Positions 36,976 through 50,222 of a stretch of 64,000 nucleotides of DNA are shown here, one piece after another. This DNA comes from Mytilus californianus. Taxonomy: Eukaryota. The stretch covers positions 64,108,001-64,172,000 of the forward strand of contig NW_026262734.1 of NCBI RefSeq assembly GCF_021869535.1, read 5' to 3'. Made by a program: the position numbers and the translations under genes. The notes below the pieces were generated by a model, which saw only the letters and a program-made list of their open reading frames with translations, was not told the origin of the DNA and did not search any database. Within the stretch, counting starts at the first letter, position 1. Every line of letters starts with the position of its first letter.

Positions 36976-37221
36976 GTAAATTTTAACGAGCCTTTGTCAA
37001 TGTTACAACGTCTCTCAGAAGATTTTGAATATTCCCGCTGTTTAGACCGAGCAGCTGAATGTGAAGATTCCGCAGAACAATTAGCCTACCTAGCTGCCTT
37101 TACTATTTCCTCGTATTCCACAACAACAAACCGTAGCACCAAACCATTTAATCCATTATTAGGAGAAACTTATGAATGTGATAGGACGGATGATTATGGC
37201 TGGAAATCTATAGCAGAACAA
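36976..37221 (+). CDS. OSBP: OSBP exon 8 (ORD)
   Basis: VNFNEPLSMLQRLSEDFEY...KPFNPLLGETYE...SIAEQ|gtaaat. Confidence 0.96.
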
Positions 37222-38159
37222 GTAAATACAATAATAATTACTGTAAATTATGAAATTTTGCAATGTTTTTTTTTTTGATTTTGCAAAAATTGTGACAGGA
37301 TAGGTTTTGCAAAAAGAAAAAATCGCATTTTTAAATTAAAATATTTGGCATTTTCTAAAATTGCACTAATAAATCTCACATTTCTGTCCATTGTACAATA
37401 TTCGCAATAATAAATGCATGCACACACTTTTGGAATTACCAGTAGTTTACTTATGCAGTCCGCATTACCTGCCAACTTTTCAAAATCTCCATAGGGGATT
37501 TAAAGAGCAAGAGGACCTAATACTCCTCTTATATTGTCACAAGTGTTGTGTAGTCTACTACAATGTACTATATTGTTTAAATTAGTATGTATGTGCTTAA
37601 ATACCCTTTTGTAACTCATTTGAATGCCTGTTTTGAGGTGTTTAGTTTATATAATTAAGAATTTTAAAATTCAGGTCAATGCCTCTCAGAGGGGAAATAC
37701 CCCATAAATCGTGAAGGTTGGCAGCTGGGGTGGCAGTGCAGTTTTTCCTATGCATGAATGCATTTCATGGGAATTTCATTGTTCAAAAAATTTATTTTTT
37801 TTAAATTTTAGATGATCTGTCATGTACACCAAAAAAGCTTTTCAAGATTTAACAAGAAATTTAAACTTTATAAGCAAAACTCAAAATATGTGTTAGCTTA
37901 AAGAGTATCTACAATTTTGGATATATTTGGCCACATAAATTTGTAAAATGTTAATTTTGGCATCTTTAGATTTTGAAGACATTCAGGTATTCATAGTTCA
38001 AGGGAATGTGTGAGCTGATGGCTTCGGTGACACTTTTGTTGTTGTTAACATTGTAAAATTAACAGAAACTTCTAAGATACCTGCATTTTTTACTCATACT
38101 GTAGCTAAATCAACATAATCTGCAGCCAGTAATCAAAATTTTAATTTTAAAAGAAGGTA

Positions 38160-38400
38160 GAAAGTAAAATAACAAAAATACCAAACTCAAAGGAAAATTC
38201 AAAACTGAAAGTCCCTTATCAAATGACAAAATCAAAAGCTCAAACACATCAAACGAATGGAAAACAACTGTCATATTCCTGACTTGGTACAGGCATTCCT
38301 AATGTAGAAAATGGTGGATTCAACCTGGTTCTATAGCTAGCTAAACCTCTCACTTGTATGACAATTGCATTACTTTCCATTATATTGACAACAATGTGGG
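38160..38400. mobile_element. Interspersed repeat (SINE-like) just upstream of exon 9a
   Basis: Shares tcctgacttgg...caggca with the 45610 repeat. A-rich similar sequence occurs at 60250-60420. Confidence 0.45.
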
Positions 38401-38500
38401 AACAAAACAAACAGACAGATGGTACTCCTTTAAATTCAGAATTTGACTTGCTACTCTTTGATAAAAGTTTGTATGTTTTTAATAGCTATTTAAATTCTAG

Positions 38501-38618
38501 GTTAGCCATCATCCTCCAACAGCAGCATTACATACAGAAGGCCGTGGCTGGGCCGTCTGGCAAGAATTTACAATGGCCAGCAAATTTAGAGGAAAATATC
38601 TTCAAATCATACCATTAG
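38501..38618 (+). CDS. OSBP: OSBP exon 9a (canonical VSHHPP signature)
   Basis: ttctag|GTT; VSHHPPTAALHTEGRGWAVWQEFTMASKFRGKYLQIIPL G|gtaaac; 118 nt. Confidence 0.93.
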
Positions 38619-39198
38619 GTAAACTCATGGTAGAATATGCATATCAGATTTTTCTTCTCAGGTTAGGGGCATACCCTTATCTGGTGCTCATTCCACTGTG
38701 TAAAATTATATATCCTAGCAACTGAACATTGATCCTTTTTCTGTTAATGCAATAAATATAAGATAGCACAGAAAAGTAACTTTACATGTGGTATGTATAA
38801 AATAGAGAAAAGCTTAATTTCTGTTTTTTTGGAGTAAGATTGTTATTATTTATCCGATTTCAGATATTGCATATACTAAAATTGCACTTCAAAATAATTG
38901 TTGGTCTAAACTGTATTTGCTGGGCAGCTAATAACTGCCTGACACATCAAACACTATTCTTAAATTTTTAAGTAGCTAAGGATCAAAGAAATTGTAATTA
39001 TATTTCTGTTCTTGCAATTATATGTAAAGACAAAAAGTTTGTGATCTTCGCAGTTCAGTATTTTGCACAATATGGATATATGAGATTTACATAGTGGATG
39101 AGCTACTAGATTAAGGATTTGTTGCCAAAATCTGTGAAGTTTGTAGATATAAAGCTTGATAGTATACAGGGCTGTTGTAGTGTATGTTCTACTTTTAG

Positions 39199-39316
39199 GT
39201 TAGTCATCACCCTCCCATGGCATCTCAGCATTGTGAAGGAAGAGGTTGGGAAACGTGGCAAGAATTTACAATGACTAGTAAATTCCGAGGAGCATATCTC
39301 CAAATTATACCATTAG
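39199..39316 (+). CDS. OSBP: OSBP exon 9b (paralogous alternative exon, VSHHLP)
   Basis: cttttag|GTT; VSHHLPWASQHCEGRGWETWQEFTMTSKFRGAYLQIIPL G|gtatac; 118 nt, with the same phases as 9a. Confidence 0.85.
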
Positions 39317-41735
39317 GTATACTGCCTGCTATCCCCTGTTGCCCTTAAGCAGTGTTAAAACTACTACAGTCAGTCACCTGATAAGTGTCAAAATTCTTTA
39401 AAAGTTTCATGTGTATTTAAGGTATAAAAACGCATGTGTATTTAAGAATCATTAAAATCATTCATAATTAACATTTTATTGGTTTTGATTTGACAAAATT
39501 TGTCAGTTGGAATATATTTTCTTTTGATCTTCTTGTTTTTAGACAACAACAAAAATTACAATGTGATAAAGCTGATCAAAGTAGGAGGTATTATGAGGCC
39601 ACTATTTTTTGCCACATGAATTAGAAAATGAAAAAGTATTGTAAATCAAACAGACAACATCTTTCAAATGTTCAAAAGAAAATGGTCTGTATCAGATGTC
39701 AGTATTTATATTATTAAATTGTGTCTTCTAAATTTACTTCAGAGCTTCAATCTTCCTGCATTTCATGCAAAACTGCAAAAAATGCCATTAAGATTACCTC
39801 ATTTTGAGATCTTTGTCATTTATGTTTTGATACGAGCCAAATCTTTACCCAAAAAGATATTTTGCTGAAAGATGATTTAAACAAAGATGTTGAGGGTTAA
39901 AATTTGAAAAGCAATTTTAACAATTATAACGTTAACGTCATGAAAAGAGATCAAAGACAAATATTTTCTGCTGTTCAATTTTGAACAAGTTGCATTCAAT
40001 ATTTAGTGCAAGGTTATAAGCCTAGTTCTGTAGTAGTTTTTACATATGATACTGCACCTTGTTGCAGCATGAATATTTCTGTATTTGCACCATTGTACAA
40101 CTCCTCAAACCCTGTTAATTGCATTTATCTTTCAGTTATTTTGGTAGTTAAATTTTTTAACCCGTGGTGAAGTTCTTAGATGGCTTAAGGTGTTTTAAAC
40201 ATATGAGTCTTTAGTTACAACAGCAGACATTCTCCTCTTTGGATTTTATATATGCTTGCCCTAAAAATGGAATTAAAATGATCAGGAATTTTCCATCTTC
40301 GAACTTGTTTTTTATGTTCTGAGACATTTTCGTTTATATTTATCAATATCACTAAGAATTTAAGTCTTAACAAAAGTGTAAAAGAAAGTGTTACATTGTT
40401 CTGTGGGGGGGGGGGGGGGGCAGTTTAGACAAAAAGCTAACTATCTTTAGTGTAATCTAAATATTATGCCTGAAATTCTTTTCTGTATAATTTAATGGTT
40501 TCAACTGGTGGTTCTTATTTGCATATGACAGTCAATTTTCAATAGCTGAATATGATATGGAGAAAAGATCGTATTGTCAAATCTTTCCCTTCATCAGCAC
40601 CATATTTAGGAGATAATCAGTATTTTATTTTCAGGCATCAATTGTTAATTTGATGATCTCAAATTGATTTTACTGGTGCATATCATTAGAGCTAGTAAAC
40701 AGATACTTTCAAATCGACAATTGATGCCTGCAAATCTTCAAATACAATACTGGTATCTTCATTCTAATGCAAATGAAAGAAAGCACTGTTTAATGATCCA
40801 TTTTAAAATCATAAACATGTACTTGTCAACACAATTTCAGAACATCAATTGTGAATACCCTGAACTTTGTGGCATTATCCAATCAAAATGAACATTACAA
40901 ATAATGCTGTTTTAGAATTTCCTATCTATAATTGTTCTAGCATGCTAGTTATAACTAAATAATTAACTATATATATTTATGTTCTGCTTATGGAAATGGT
41001 TCTGTATTAAAACTATTATTCATATTTTGATTCTAGTGGTCAGGTTTGGATAAAACACATTGAAAACCAAACTGACATATACATTATTGTTAAATAGCTG
41101 TAATTAGAATTATATAATATGTTATAAAAGATACATTTCTAAGGAAAAAGTGTTTTCACTCTTAATTTTTTGTTGAAATGATTAGTTATGACATAATGTA
41201 GGCTTATTTCACATATATACTTAACATATATACATGTACATGTTTAAAGAGTCACTGCTTACAACGTTTTTCCGGGCAAAAATCGGATAAAGTCTTGGTA
41301 ATAAATTTCTATTGTGAAAACTGATATATATTATGGTTAGTGCTATTTCTTCAAAAGAAAGGTGGGAAGCTAGGAAGAGAGGTCTAGTTTTTGGACCTTG
41401 GTCATTGGTCGTTGTGTATCTATTTGATGTATTCCAGATTTTCTTGAGTTCGGCACCTTTAAAATGATAATTTGTACAAACAAATGTCTCTAAATTTTCT
41501 GTAAGAATCAAATTTTATTTTATTAACAGTTTGCCAAACATACAAAGTAACTTATGTGAAACAAAACTTAAGGTGGCATAATCTTACTTTTAATTTACTG
41601 AGGAATTGACTTACATTACAAAGCAAGATTACTTAATCAACACAATGTTCTGTTGAAAAAACCTTGATAAATACTGATGATAACTTTACCATGACACAAG
41701 AAGTTTGTATACATGTTTTAACAAATATTTTACAG

Positions 41736-41935
41736 GAATTTCTCATGCAAAGTTTACGAAGAGTGGTAACCACTATACATGGAGGAAGGTGACAACAACT
41801 GTACACAATATAATTGTTGGTAAATTATGGGTAGACAACCACGGTGAAATGGATATTATAAATCATAAAAATGGTGATAAATGTCATTTAAAATTCTCCA
41901 CTTATAGTTATTTCTCCAGGGATATACCAAGAAAG
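41736..41935 (+). CDS. OSBP: OSBP exon 10 (ORD)
   Basis: GISHAKFTKSGNHYTWRKVTTTVHNIIVGKLWVDNHGEMDI...SRDIPRK|gtaaca. Confidence 0.96.
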
Positions 41936-43438
41936 GTAACATTTTACATGTTTTATATATCATACTTATAGCAATGACTTTTTTATGCAGGTGTTTGTTC
42001 AGGGTTGTACTTTATTTGAAATTTCACCTTATAAAGAAATATTTCAAAATTTCTGTGTTTTATTCACAAGTTTTATTTTGATTCCAACTATTTTCCAAAC
42101 TTCAAAGATCCCTAAGTAATGAAGTAGAAAATTAATTTTCAATGACAAATAAATAAATAAATAAATAAATAAATCTTACGTTTACAACCTTAGCTAGTAT
42201 ATTGTGTGTCAGGGAAATAATTTTAAGTTTTATGCCCTGCTGCTCATTGGCCAGAACTAAGGGTCCAGAAATGGTTATATTTGCCAGTCATGACCTAAAC
42301 TGAAAGACCAATGACCGTAATGACAGAATAGGATTTAGGTCCAAAATTATTTTTTTACAGAAATAATTTCAGTCATTTCATTGAGATCGGGTCTTTTAAT
42401 CGCCAATTTGCAATAATTTTTAGAAATGCTTTTCTGGTAATAAAACTGTGAGTATAGAATGATAATCTTGAGGGCCCTCCCAATAATCATATTAATGTCT
42501 CCATGAGATATTGGCTAATGATGATCAATGAGCTAGATTAGGCACTTAATTGTACAATGCAAAATGATTTTAAGCTAAATCAAACGAGTGAGGGAAACTT
42601 TTATATGTTATATTCAAACACGCTTACAGGTAGTGAAATTAAAAAATAAGATGGTTTCCTGTCATTTGATCAAGAGAACAAATCCCATAAATGAATCCCG
42701 AATCATTCGTAATTCAGTGTTAACTTGAAACTTCTAGTTTTTATTTCAACTTCAAAATCGAAAGGAGCGTTAGCACATTCCTGAGTGATTACCATTTTAA
42801 GTCATAAAAATAATTTCAATTTCAAATTGATGTTTTTCATAACTAGTTCTTTAACATTTTTAGAAAAATGTTAAGCAACTTCATGAAGTAAATACGACCC
42901 AACTGTCAATGCAAGTTCATTGATGCCATGAATCTATGAATAATTTCTATAGTTTGAAAAAAGGATCCCAACTTTCAAGTCATCTCAAAATGACCAAAAT
43001 TGTCCAAACAAATTTACAGATCCTTATCAGAGCATAAAAAGTTACTCATGTTTGCAATTCTACCTTCCTTAATGCAACAAGCATGCTGCTTTCAGGAGTA
43101 AGACCAAAGATTAAAAAAAAAAACATACATTGGTAACAGGGCAATCTTAATCTGGATGTTAAGTACAATGAAGATGTTCATGAAATTCTCAATTTATCTT
43201 GATAGGTGGTTATCCCATTTTGAAAATGCCTTTCTTGGATACCATGTATGTTTAAATCAAACAGCCCCAAGTTGATAGCTGCTGGATTTTAAGCAAACAA
43301 CAGATGAATCAAATAAACTTGCACTTAATTTTCCTACGTTCTGCTTTGAAATCTTTTTATTAGCCCTATGAAAGATTATTATTCCATTCACATTATTTAT
43401 CAGATCCATACAATTTAGCTTTTTTTTGTTCCACATAG

Positions 43439-43608
43439 GTAACTGGAGTAGTGACAACAAAAGAAGGTGATGCCAAATGGGTATTAACTGGTACCTGGGA
43501 CAAGAAGATGGAAGGAGCAAAAATATTGCATGTTGATGAATCAAATAAAGGGAAACCAGTATTTGAAACTGGACCACACTTTACATTATGGGAGAAAAAA
43601 CCTCTGCC
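43439..43608 (+). CDS. OSBP: OSBP exon 11 (ORD)
   Basis: catag|GTA; VTGVVTTKEGDAKWVLTGTWDKKMEG...LWEKKPL CC|gtaagt. Confidence 0.93.
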
Positions 43609-44929
43609 GTAAGTAGTTATCATTTTACAAGTTACTGTTGTTGGTGAGTTTTCAACAAATAAATTTTACATGAAAAAGGTTTTTTGAAAGGAGATGTGTA
43701 GTTAATATCAATGAGACAGCAACCCAACTGCATCAGTTCTCCAAAATAATTATTTATAGATCTAGATATAGAGATTGAGATGCTTGACAACTGCCCGTGC
43801 TGTATGGCAAACCCTGAATTGTCCTCAGTCTTAAAGGATATGCATGAATTCTATAGAGACAAAGATCAACACGCTTTCTCAAATGGAAAAATTCCGAAAA
43901 AACAATGACAATTACTGACAAAATTCATGACTTCGGACAGACACATCAACTTTTATGTCAAATAAACTTATCATCTGATGTGAAATTCATGTTGATATCA
44001 TCAAAGGAGTAAATTCTGTAAGGGCCATATTTGGCCCTAATTATGATGTTCAATGTTTCAAGATATAAAAATGTTGTAAGTTGATGAAAAGACATGTGAG
44101 AAAGTTAAATAGCACTATTTTTGTCAAAGTTTTATTTTAAAGCGTTGCTTTTTACATCCTAAACATTTCTAAATAGGTCACAAATAGAGATTTTTACAAA
44201 ATTTGTCAAAATCTTCCAGATTTCAATCAAATTCAGGCCTAGGAAACATAGAGCGCAGACGTCGACTGACTAAATATTCAAGTCAGATAATTTATGTAAA
44301 ATGTCATAACAAACAATATCTTGTAAAAGGTCTTCTTTGTCAACGCATAGGCTCTATGTTACCTGTCCAAAAAATCAATGGAGATTTATCTGTTTTCATT
44401 GAATTTTCATGGAAGATCAAAATGATTGGGATTTGTCATGTCATGAATAGAACGCAAGAACGTCAATTTTTAACATAAAGACATATTTCCTATCTAGTCA
44501 TTGAGCTATGATTCATTGTGATATTGGTCAATAAATAATGATTTGAAATTTTAGCTAGAAATAGGTCCATTTTAGGGTCTTATCGAACTTTCCGTGCTTA
44601 TGTCTTTTATGGGGAGAAGGAGAGAATTATGGAACATGGAATATTAGTTTAGGCTATTCTAAAACTATTTTTGATGACAAAAGACTCTTCACTAAGAGGT
44701 AGAGGCATATAATGCCTGCAGATCTTAAGCTGATTTTTGGTACATACATCTAAGTGTTAAATGATTCCTTACAGAACAAGGCTGTTGAAGCTTGTGTCTA
44801 CTTTAGGTTTACCCACTTTTGGCAGAATTTCAGTTGATTTTTTTCAATGAGGCTTCAGGCAGGGTCATACTGATACATCTAGTTAAAATGTTCAGAACAA
44901 AAATAATTCATATATTGGATTGTTTATAG

Positions 44930-45150
44930 GCCTGGAGCAGAGAAAATGTATTTTTTCACTCGACTAGCATTAGAATTAAATGAACCTGAGGATGGAGTTG
45001 CACCAACAGACTGCAGAATTCGCCCTGACCAAAGATTGATGGAGGATGGAAAGTGGGATGAGGCTAACAAGTACAAAGTTCAGTTAGAAGATAAACAGAG
45101 AGCAGCAAGAAAGAAACGAGAATTAGAAGCAGAAGAGGCCAAAAAGAAAG
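44930..45150 (+). CDS. OSBP: OSBP exon 12 (ORD)
   Basis: PGAEKMYFFTRLALELNEPEDGVAPTDCRIRPDQRLMEDGKWDEANKYKVQLEDKQRAARK; G|gttggt. Confidence 0.96.
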
Positions 45151-45349
45151 GTTGGTATAACATTGTCATATGAGCTGTTTTAATTTTAAGTATACATTAC
45201 GCTAAGGAGAGGCACTCTCAAAATTGGTAAACCACTCATTGAAATTTGCTAGGTGAGCTATTGAATCAGGTTGGCATCTTTTGTCCTGTCAATTAACAAT
45301 TTTAGAAATATTTATGACAATGCTTCACAGAATTATTATTCCTTAATTA

Positions 45350-45660
45350 TAAAAAAGAAGATCTGGTATGATTGCCAATGAGACAACTCTCCACAAGAGA
45401 CCAAATGACACAGAAATTAACAACTATAGGTCACCGTACGGCCTTCAACAATGAGCAAAGCCCATACCGCACAGTAAGCTATAAAAGGCCCCGACATGAC
45501 AATGTAAAACAATTCAAACGAGAAAACTAACGACCTAATTTATGTACAAAGAATGAACGAAAAAACAAATATGTAACACATAAACAAACGACAACCACTA
45601 AATTACAGGCTCCTGACTTGGGACAGGCACATATATACAGAATGTGGCGGGGTTAAACAT
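45350..45660 (-). mobile_element. SINE-like repeat (same family as 8270-8655)
   Basis: Reverse-complement match to 8345-8645. Confidence 0.65.
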
Positions 45661-45700
45661 GATTATTTGGAACTGGTATCACCGAAATAAAGGAACACAA

Positions 45701-46738
45701 CTTGTTTATTCTGGTTACACAAGCTATACCATGGCTATGTTTATTCTGGTTACACAAGCTATACCATGGCTATGTTTATTCTGGTTACACAAGCTATACC
45801 ATGGCTATGTTTATTCTGATTACACAAGCTATACCATGGCTATGTTTATTCTGGTTACACAAGCTATACCATGGCTATGTTTATTCTGGTTACACAAGCT
45901 ATACCATGGCTATGTTTATTCTGGTTACACAAGCTACACCATGGCTTTGTTTATTCTGGTTACACAAGCTATACCATGGATATGTTTATTCTGATTACAC
46001 AAGCTATACCATGGCTATGTTTATTCTGGTTACACAAGCTATACCATGGCTATGTTTATTCTGATTACACAAGCTATACCATGGCTATGTTTATTCTGGT
46101 TACACAAATGTTTATTCTGGTTACACAAGCTATACCATGGCTATGTTTATTCTGATTACACAAGCTATACCATGGCTATGTTTATTCTGGTTACACAAGC
46201 TATACCATGGCTGTGTTTATTCTGATTACACAAGCTATACCATGGCTTTGTTTATTCTGGTTACACAAGCTATACCATGGCTATGTGTATGCTGGTTACA
46301 CAAGCTATACCATGGCTATGTTTATTCTGATTACACAAGCTATACCATGGCTTTGTTTATTCTGGTTACACAAGCTATACCATGGCTTTGTTTATTCTGG
46401 TTACACAAGCTATACCATGGCTTTGTTTATTCTGATTACACAAGCTATACCATGGCTATGTTTATTCTGGTTACACAAGCTATACCATGGCTATGTTTAT
46501 TCTGATTACACAAGCTATACCATGGCTATGTTTATTCTGATTACACAAGCTATACCATGGCTATGTTTATTCTGGTTACACAAGCTATACCATGGCTTTG
46601 TTTATTCTGGTTACACAAGCTATACCATGGCTATGTTTATTCTGGTTACACAAGCTATACCATGGCTATGTTTATTCTGGTTACAAAAGCTAAACCATGG
46701 CTATGTTTATTCTGATTACACAAGCTATACCATGGCTA
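45701..46738. repeat. 35-bp minisatellite, about 30 copies, in the last OSBP intron
   Basis: Unit tatgtttattctggttacacaagctataccatggc with few variants (g/a, a/t) and one short unit near 46090. Confidence 0.95.
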
Positions 46739-47379
46739 ATTGCACCAATTATCAACAAATTAGTATCACATGGAAACTTTCATAATATTAGTATGTCCAC
46801 TACATGTCAGGACATGCAAATATTGTCAAGATCATTGAAAATAGAATACATGTACACTTGTTTCAAGTTTGTCCACCGTTCAAACCTATAAAACCTTTTC
46901 ACATAATTTTTCAGTGTCATTAACAGAAAAAAAATGATGTCAACAAAACTGATTGGGTTATAATTTCAGACATTATGAGATCAAAACAGTGCAAAATTGG
47001 CAATGGAAGTAAAATTCTAAGCCTGGGAATTGGTGTATAGTTAACGTTGTAGCTGTTACAATTTTTTCTTGAGAAGTGTGCTATACAGAAATGAAGTCAA
47101 TAAGGAAATATTACCAGTACTTCTGTGAAAAAGATAGAAAAATAAAGAACAAGTTTAGGATATTATACATAATAGAAGTGTAAAAACAAACAAGCAAACC
47201 ATTTCAGGGCCTTTTATAGCTTGCTATGCTGTATGGTTTATGCTCATTGTTGAAGTCTGTACAGTTGGTAGTTGTCTTATTGACAATCATTCCACATCTT
47301 TTTATTTTTATATGAACAGAGTTCAAATTCCAGTTTTGTTTCCCAGCATGCAGTATTTAATTTGCTTATTTATTTTCAG

Positions 47380-47525
47380 GAGAAGATTACCCACCTTACA
47401 CTCCTACATGGTTTGTAAGGAAGACAGACTCTGCCACTGGGAACCCTATACACATGTATAATGGACAATATTGGGACTGTAAGCAGAAACAGGACTGGAA
47501 CAGATGTCCCGAGATATTCTTATAA
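47380..47525 (+). CDS. OSBP: OSBP exon 13 (last coding exon)
   Basis: ttttcag|GA; GEDYPPYTPTWFVRKTDSATGNPIHMYNGQYWDCKQKQDWNRCPEIFL*, a typical ORD C-terminus. Confidence 0.95.
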
Positions 47526-47782
47526 TACCATGTATTAAATGTACAAAGGCCAAGTGACAAGTGCAAATTCATTATACGCTGATAAATGTGGAGTACATGG
47601 TCCATTAGAAGACTTGTAGGTCCAAAGGGTCAGTTCGAGGACATTGTTCTGGTGTTAAAAAAAAAATGTATAAGCCAAGTCTTGTTTAATATATTGTAAG
47701 AGACTTTAAGAGAATTGTTTGAGGTCTGAATGGCAGGACTTATGAGATATATTAAGCTCACAATAATGAATCAAATTATATA

Positions 47783-47966
47783 CTGTAAACCAACTAATTT
47801 TCACGGATACTTTATAGCCCATTTCGCGGCGATTTAATTTCGTGATTTTTAAATTTACTTGATGTAGTTAAATAAGGAAAGATCCAAGTTTTACATGTTC
47901 ATGATGATTTATATTCGCGTTTTTTTTTTCTACTTGCGAAAGTCACGAAAATTAGTTGGTTTACAG
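47783..47966. mobile_element. Tc1/mariner-like MITE in the putative OSBP 3' UTR
   Basis: TA|CTGTAAACCAACTAATTTT ... AAAATTAGTTGGTTTACAG|TA. Confidence 0.85.
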
Positions 47967-50064
47967 TATATTTCATGTTTGGTACCCTGTTACAATGTGT
48001 TTCATTAACTTTTGATATAAGGAAGTGTAATTGTAAGAATTATTACAAGTACAAGAAGAAAAATTTGAAACTCTTTTGGTATAGCAATAATTTTGTAAAG
48101 AAAGGTGCATGCACTTGAGATTTTCAATGATGAATTGTAACTTTTCTTGTTAAATTATTAATCATGTACTAGCATATTGAGATATATGGTATTTTTAGAA
48201 TTGTTTACAGGCAAAATTTGAATGTTATATTTCATTCGCTCACACTTTTTAGTTTTCAAAAAATCCAAAGAACTAAAAATTATATTAGTATGACTTCAGA
48301 AACGAATTTGTGAGACCATAATGCTGCGAAAATTCTTTAATTCATGAATGCTACTTATTGCACATTGTGGAAAAGGTTTTTTATGGGTTTATTTCAATTT
48401 TTAACCTCAAACTATGCTCATAAATATATAGAATAATCTTGTGTTTTGTGAATATTAAAATCTGCTACCCCACAGTTACATTCACTTTGAACCTGTTGGT
48501 TGGTCGTATTTTTTTCATAGGGTTTGCTGGTACTAAGGTTGTCTGTCAGAATAGTACCTTTTCCCAATTCAATATAATTTCACAGATTTTCAAGAAATTA
48601 ATGACGGTTTAGTTAGATGTCTCTCTTTAAATGATCTTATCAATTTAAATTTAAATGTAATTTATTGTTCGAATTGGTATAAGATCAGACAAATGTTTTT
48701 TGGCAAATTGGTTACATCTTCTCAAAGTAACAAATTTATCCCTTCATTCTATACAATTCATTTATTCAGTATGAGATGATTGATTGTGCCATATTTTCTA
48801 AATGAGAACTAGTCCACCTTTGTAGGGTTTTTTGGGAACTAGAACTTAAATGTCAAATCTTAAATGTTTGAATGAAAATTTAATATGTTTATTCAATGAA
48901 AAATTTTCTTGCCAAGTTTTAGTATAAATCTTAAGTAGCTAGTAGTTAGTTTTACAGTTAACCTTCTTGGGTGTTTATCTAATAGATAAAATTTAATTCC
49001 ACTTGTTCCTTATAGTTCAACTTTGAACTCTAATTTTAATAGATATCATAAACAATCTGATAAAAATACGGATCCTGTAACTAAGCTACATTTTGTAATT
49101 ACTGCCCTCAACTTATTGAAGATATTTGTTGTTTGAAAGACCATTGATAATCTGTTTATCGCTATTTTGCCTATGAGGTCATTCATGTTTACATTGACAA
49201 CGTCACATGTGCCCTTAGTTTCTGACAATAATATTCCATCTCAAGCGAGTAGCATGATATGAAAAATTATCACAAAAAAAGATCAAAGGAAAAATGCACA
49301 TAATAGCGATAATTAGCATTACAACAAAAAGGGATTCCTGAGTCACTTAAATCTCAAAAAAAAAATATTAGTATTCATGTAAGCTTTTAAGGATGTTGGC
49401 TGCTGAAATTCAATTTGGACATTTCCGTCAATGAAATCTTTTTTCCATAGAGAATAAGCAATACATAATAAGTTTCAGGAAAATGTAGATAAGGTCTGTG
49501 CGATTGTTTTTGAGATGCATAAATTTGAAAAAAAAGTACAATTTCTGGAGGGGAAAATACATGTAAGTTTCTGGATTTTCCATAGGAACAGTATTGGCAA
49601 ATTTATAGATTCAGTGTGATTTAAAGCTTGATATATTGTAAGGATACTTGTCTGTTGAACACAGTTTGTTACCATTTGGATGCCATTTATTTGATTTGTT
49701 TGTTGGTTGGTTGCTGTCTCAATGACTTATACCCCATATTTCCTTCTATTCATACTTACATGTTATTTATAAGCACCAAGTTTCCTCTTGTGTCTTGTTT
49801 GTTTTGATAGAATTTGCTTCACTATGTTATATTACAGCTTGAGATAAGTGCACACATGGTTTACCTATTTTCTGTCATTCTAATTTTCTACTATTCCATA
49901 GGTAACTTTGGTGTTACACCTTTATTTCTTACTTTTCATAGAAATGCACATATATTCTGAATATTTCGTATGCTGGGAAATAACTCACATCAAACTTTAA
50001 AGTGAGATTCAGATTTTTTAAATGACTTTTGTTGTTGGGCAAGAACAAAATCAAAAATAATTTT

Positions 50065-50222
50065 GATCAGAGCCAGTTCAAGATAGGGGAAACATAAAAA
50101 TAATTTGGATCAGAGCTTTATGCCCATGGTTTCTGCTAGTTCAAGATAGCAGAAACATAAAAATAATTTGGATCAGAGCTTTATGCCCAATGGTTTCTGT
50201 CAGTTCAAGATAGGGGAAACAT
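50065..50222. repeat. Short tandem repeat (about 2.5-3 x 62 bp)
   Basis: aaaataatttggatcagagc...agttcaagatag(g/c)...aaacata is repeated. Confidence 0.7.

Noticed and set aside
40405-40420. Poly-G tract (and poly-C near 20235-20253) as a functional G-quadruplex
   Set aside because: Homopolymer tracts like these are common MITE remnants here, and nothing else supports a function.
45644-46785. Several 94-192-aa hydrophobic repeat ORFs
   Set aside because: They are artefacts of a 35-bp unit cycling through three frames, inside an intron.
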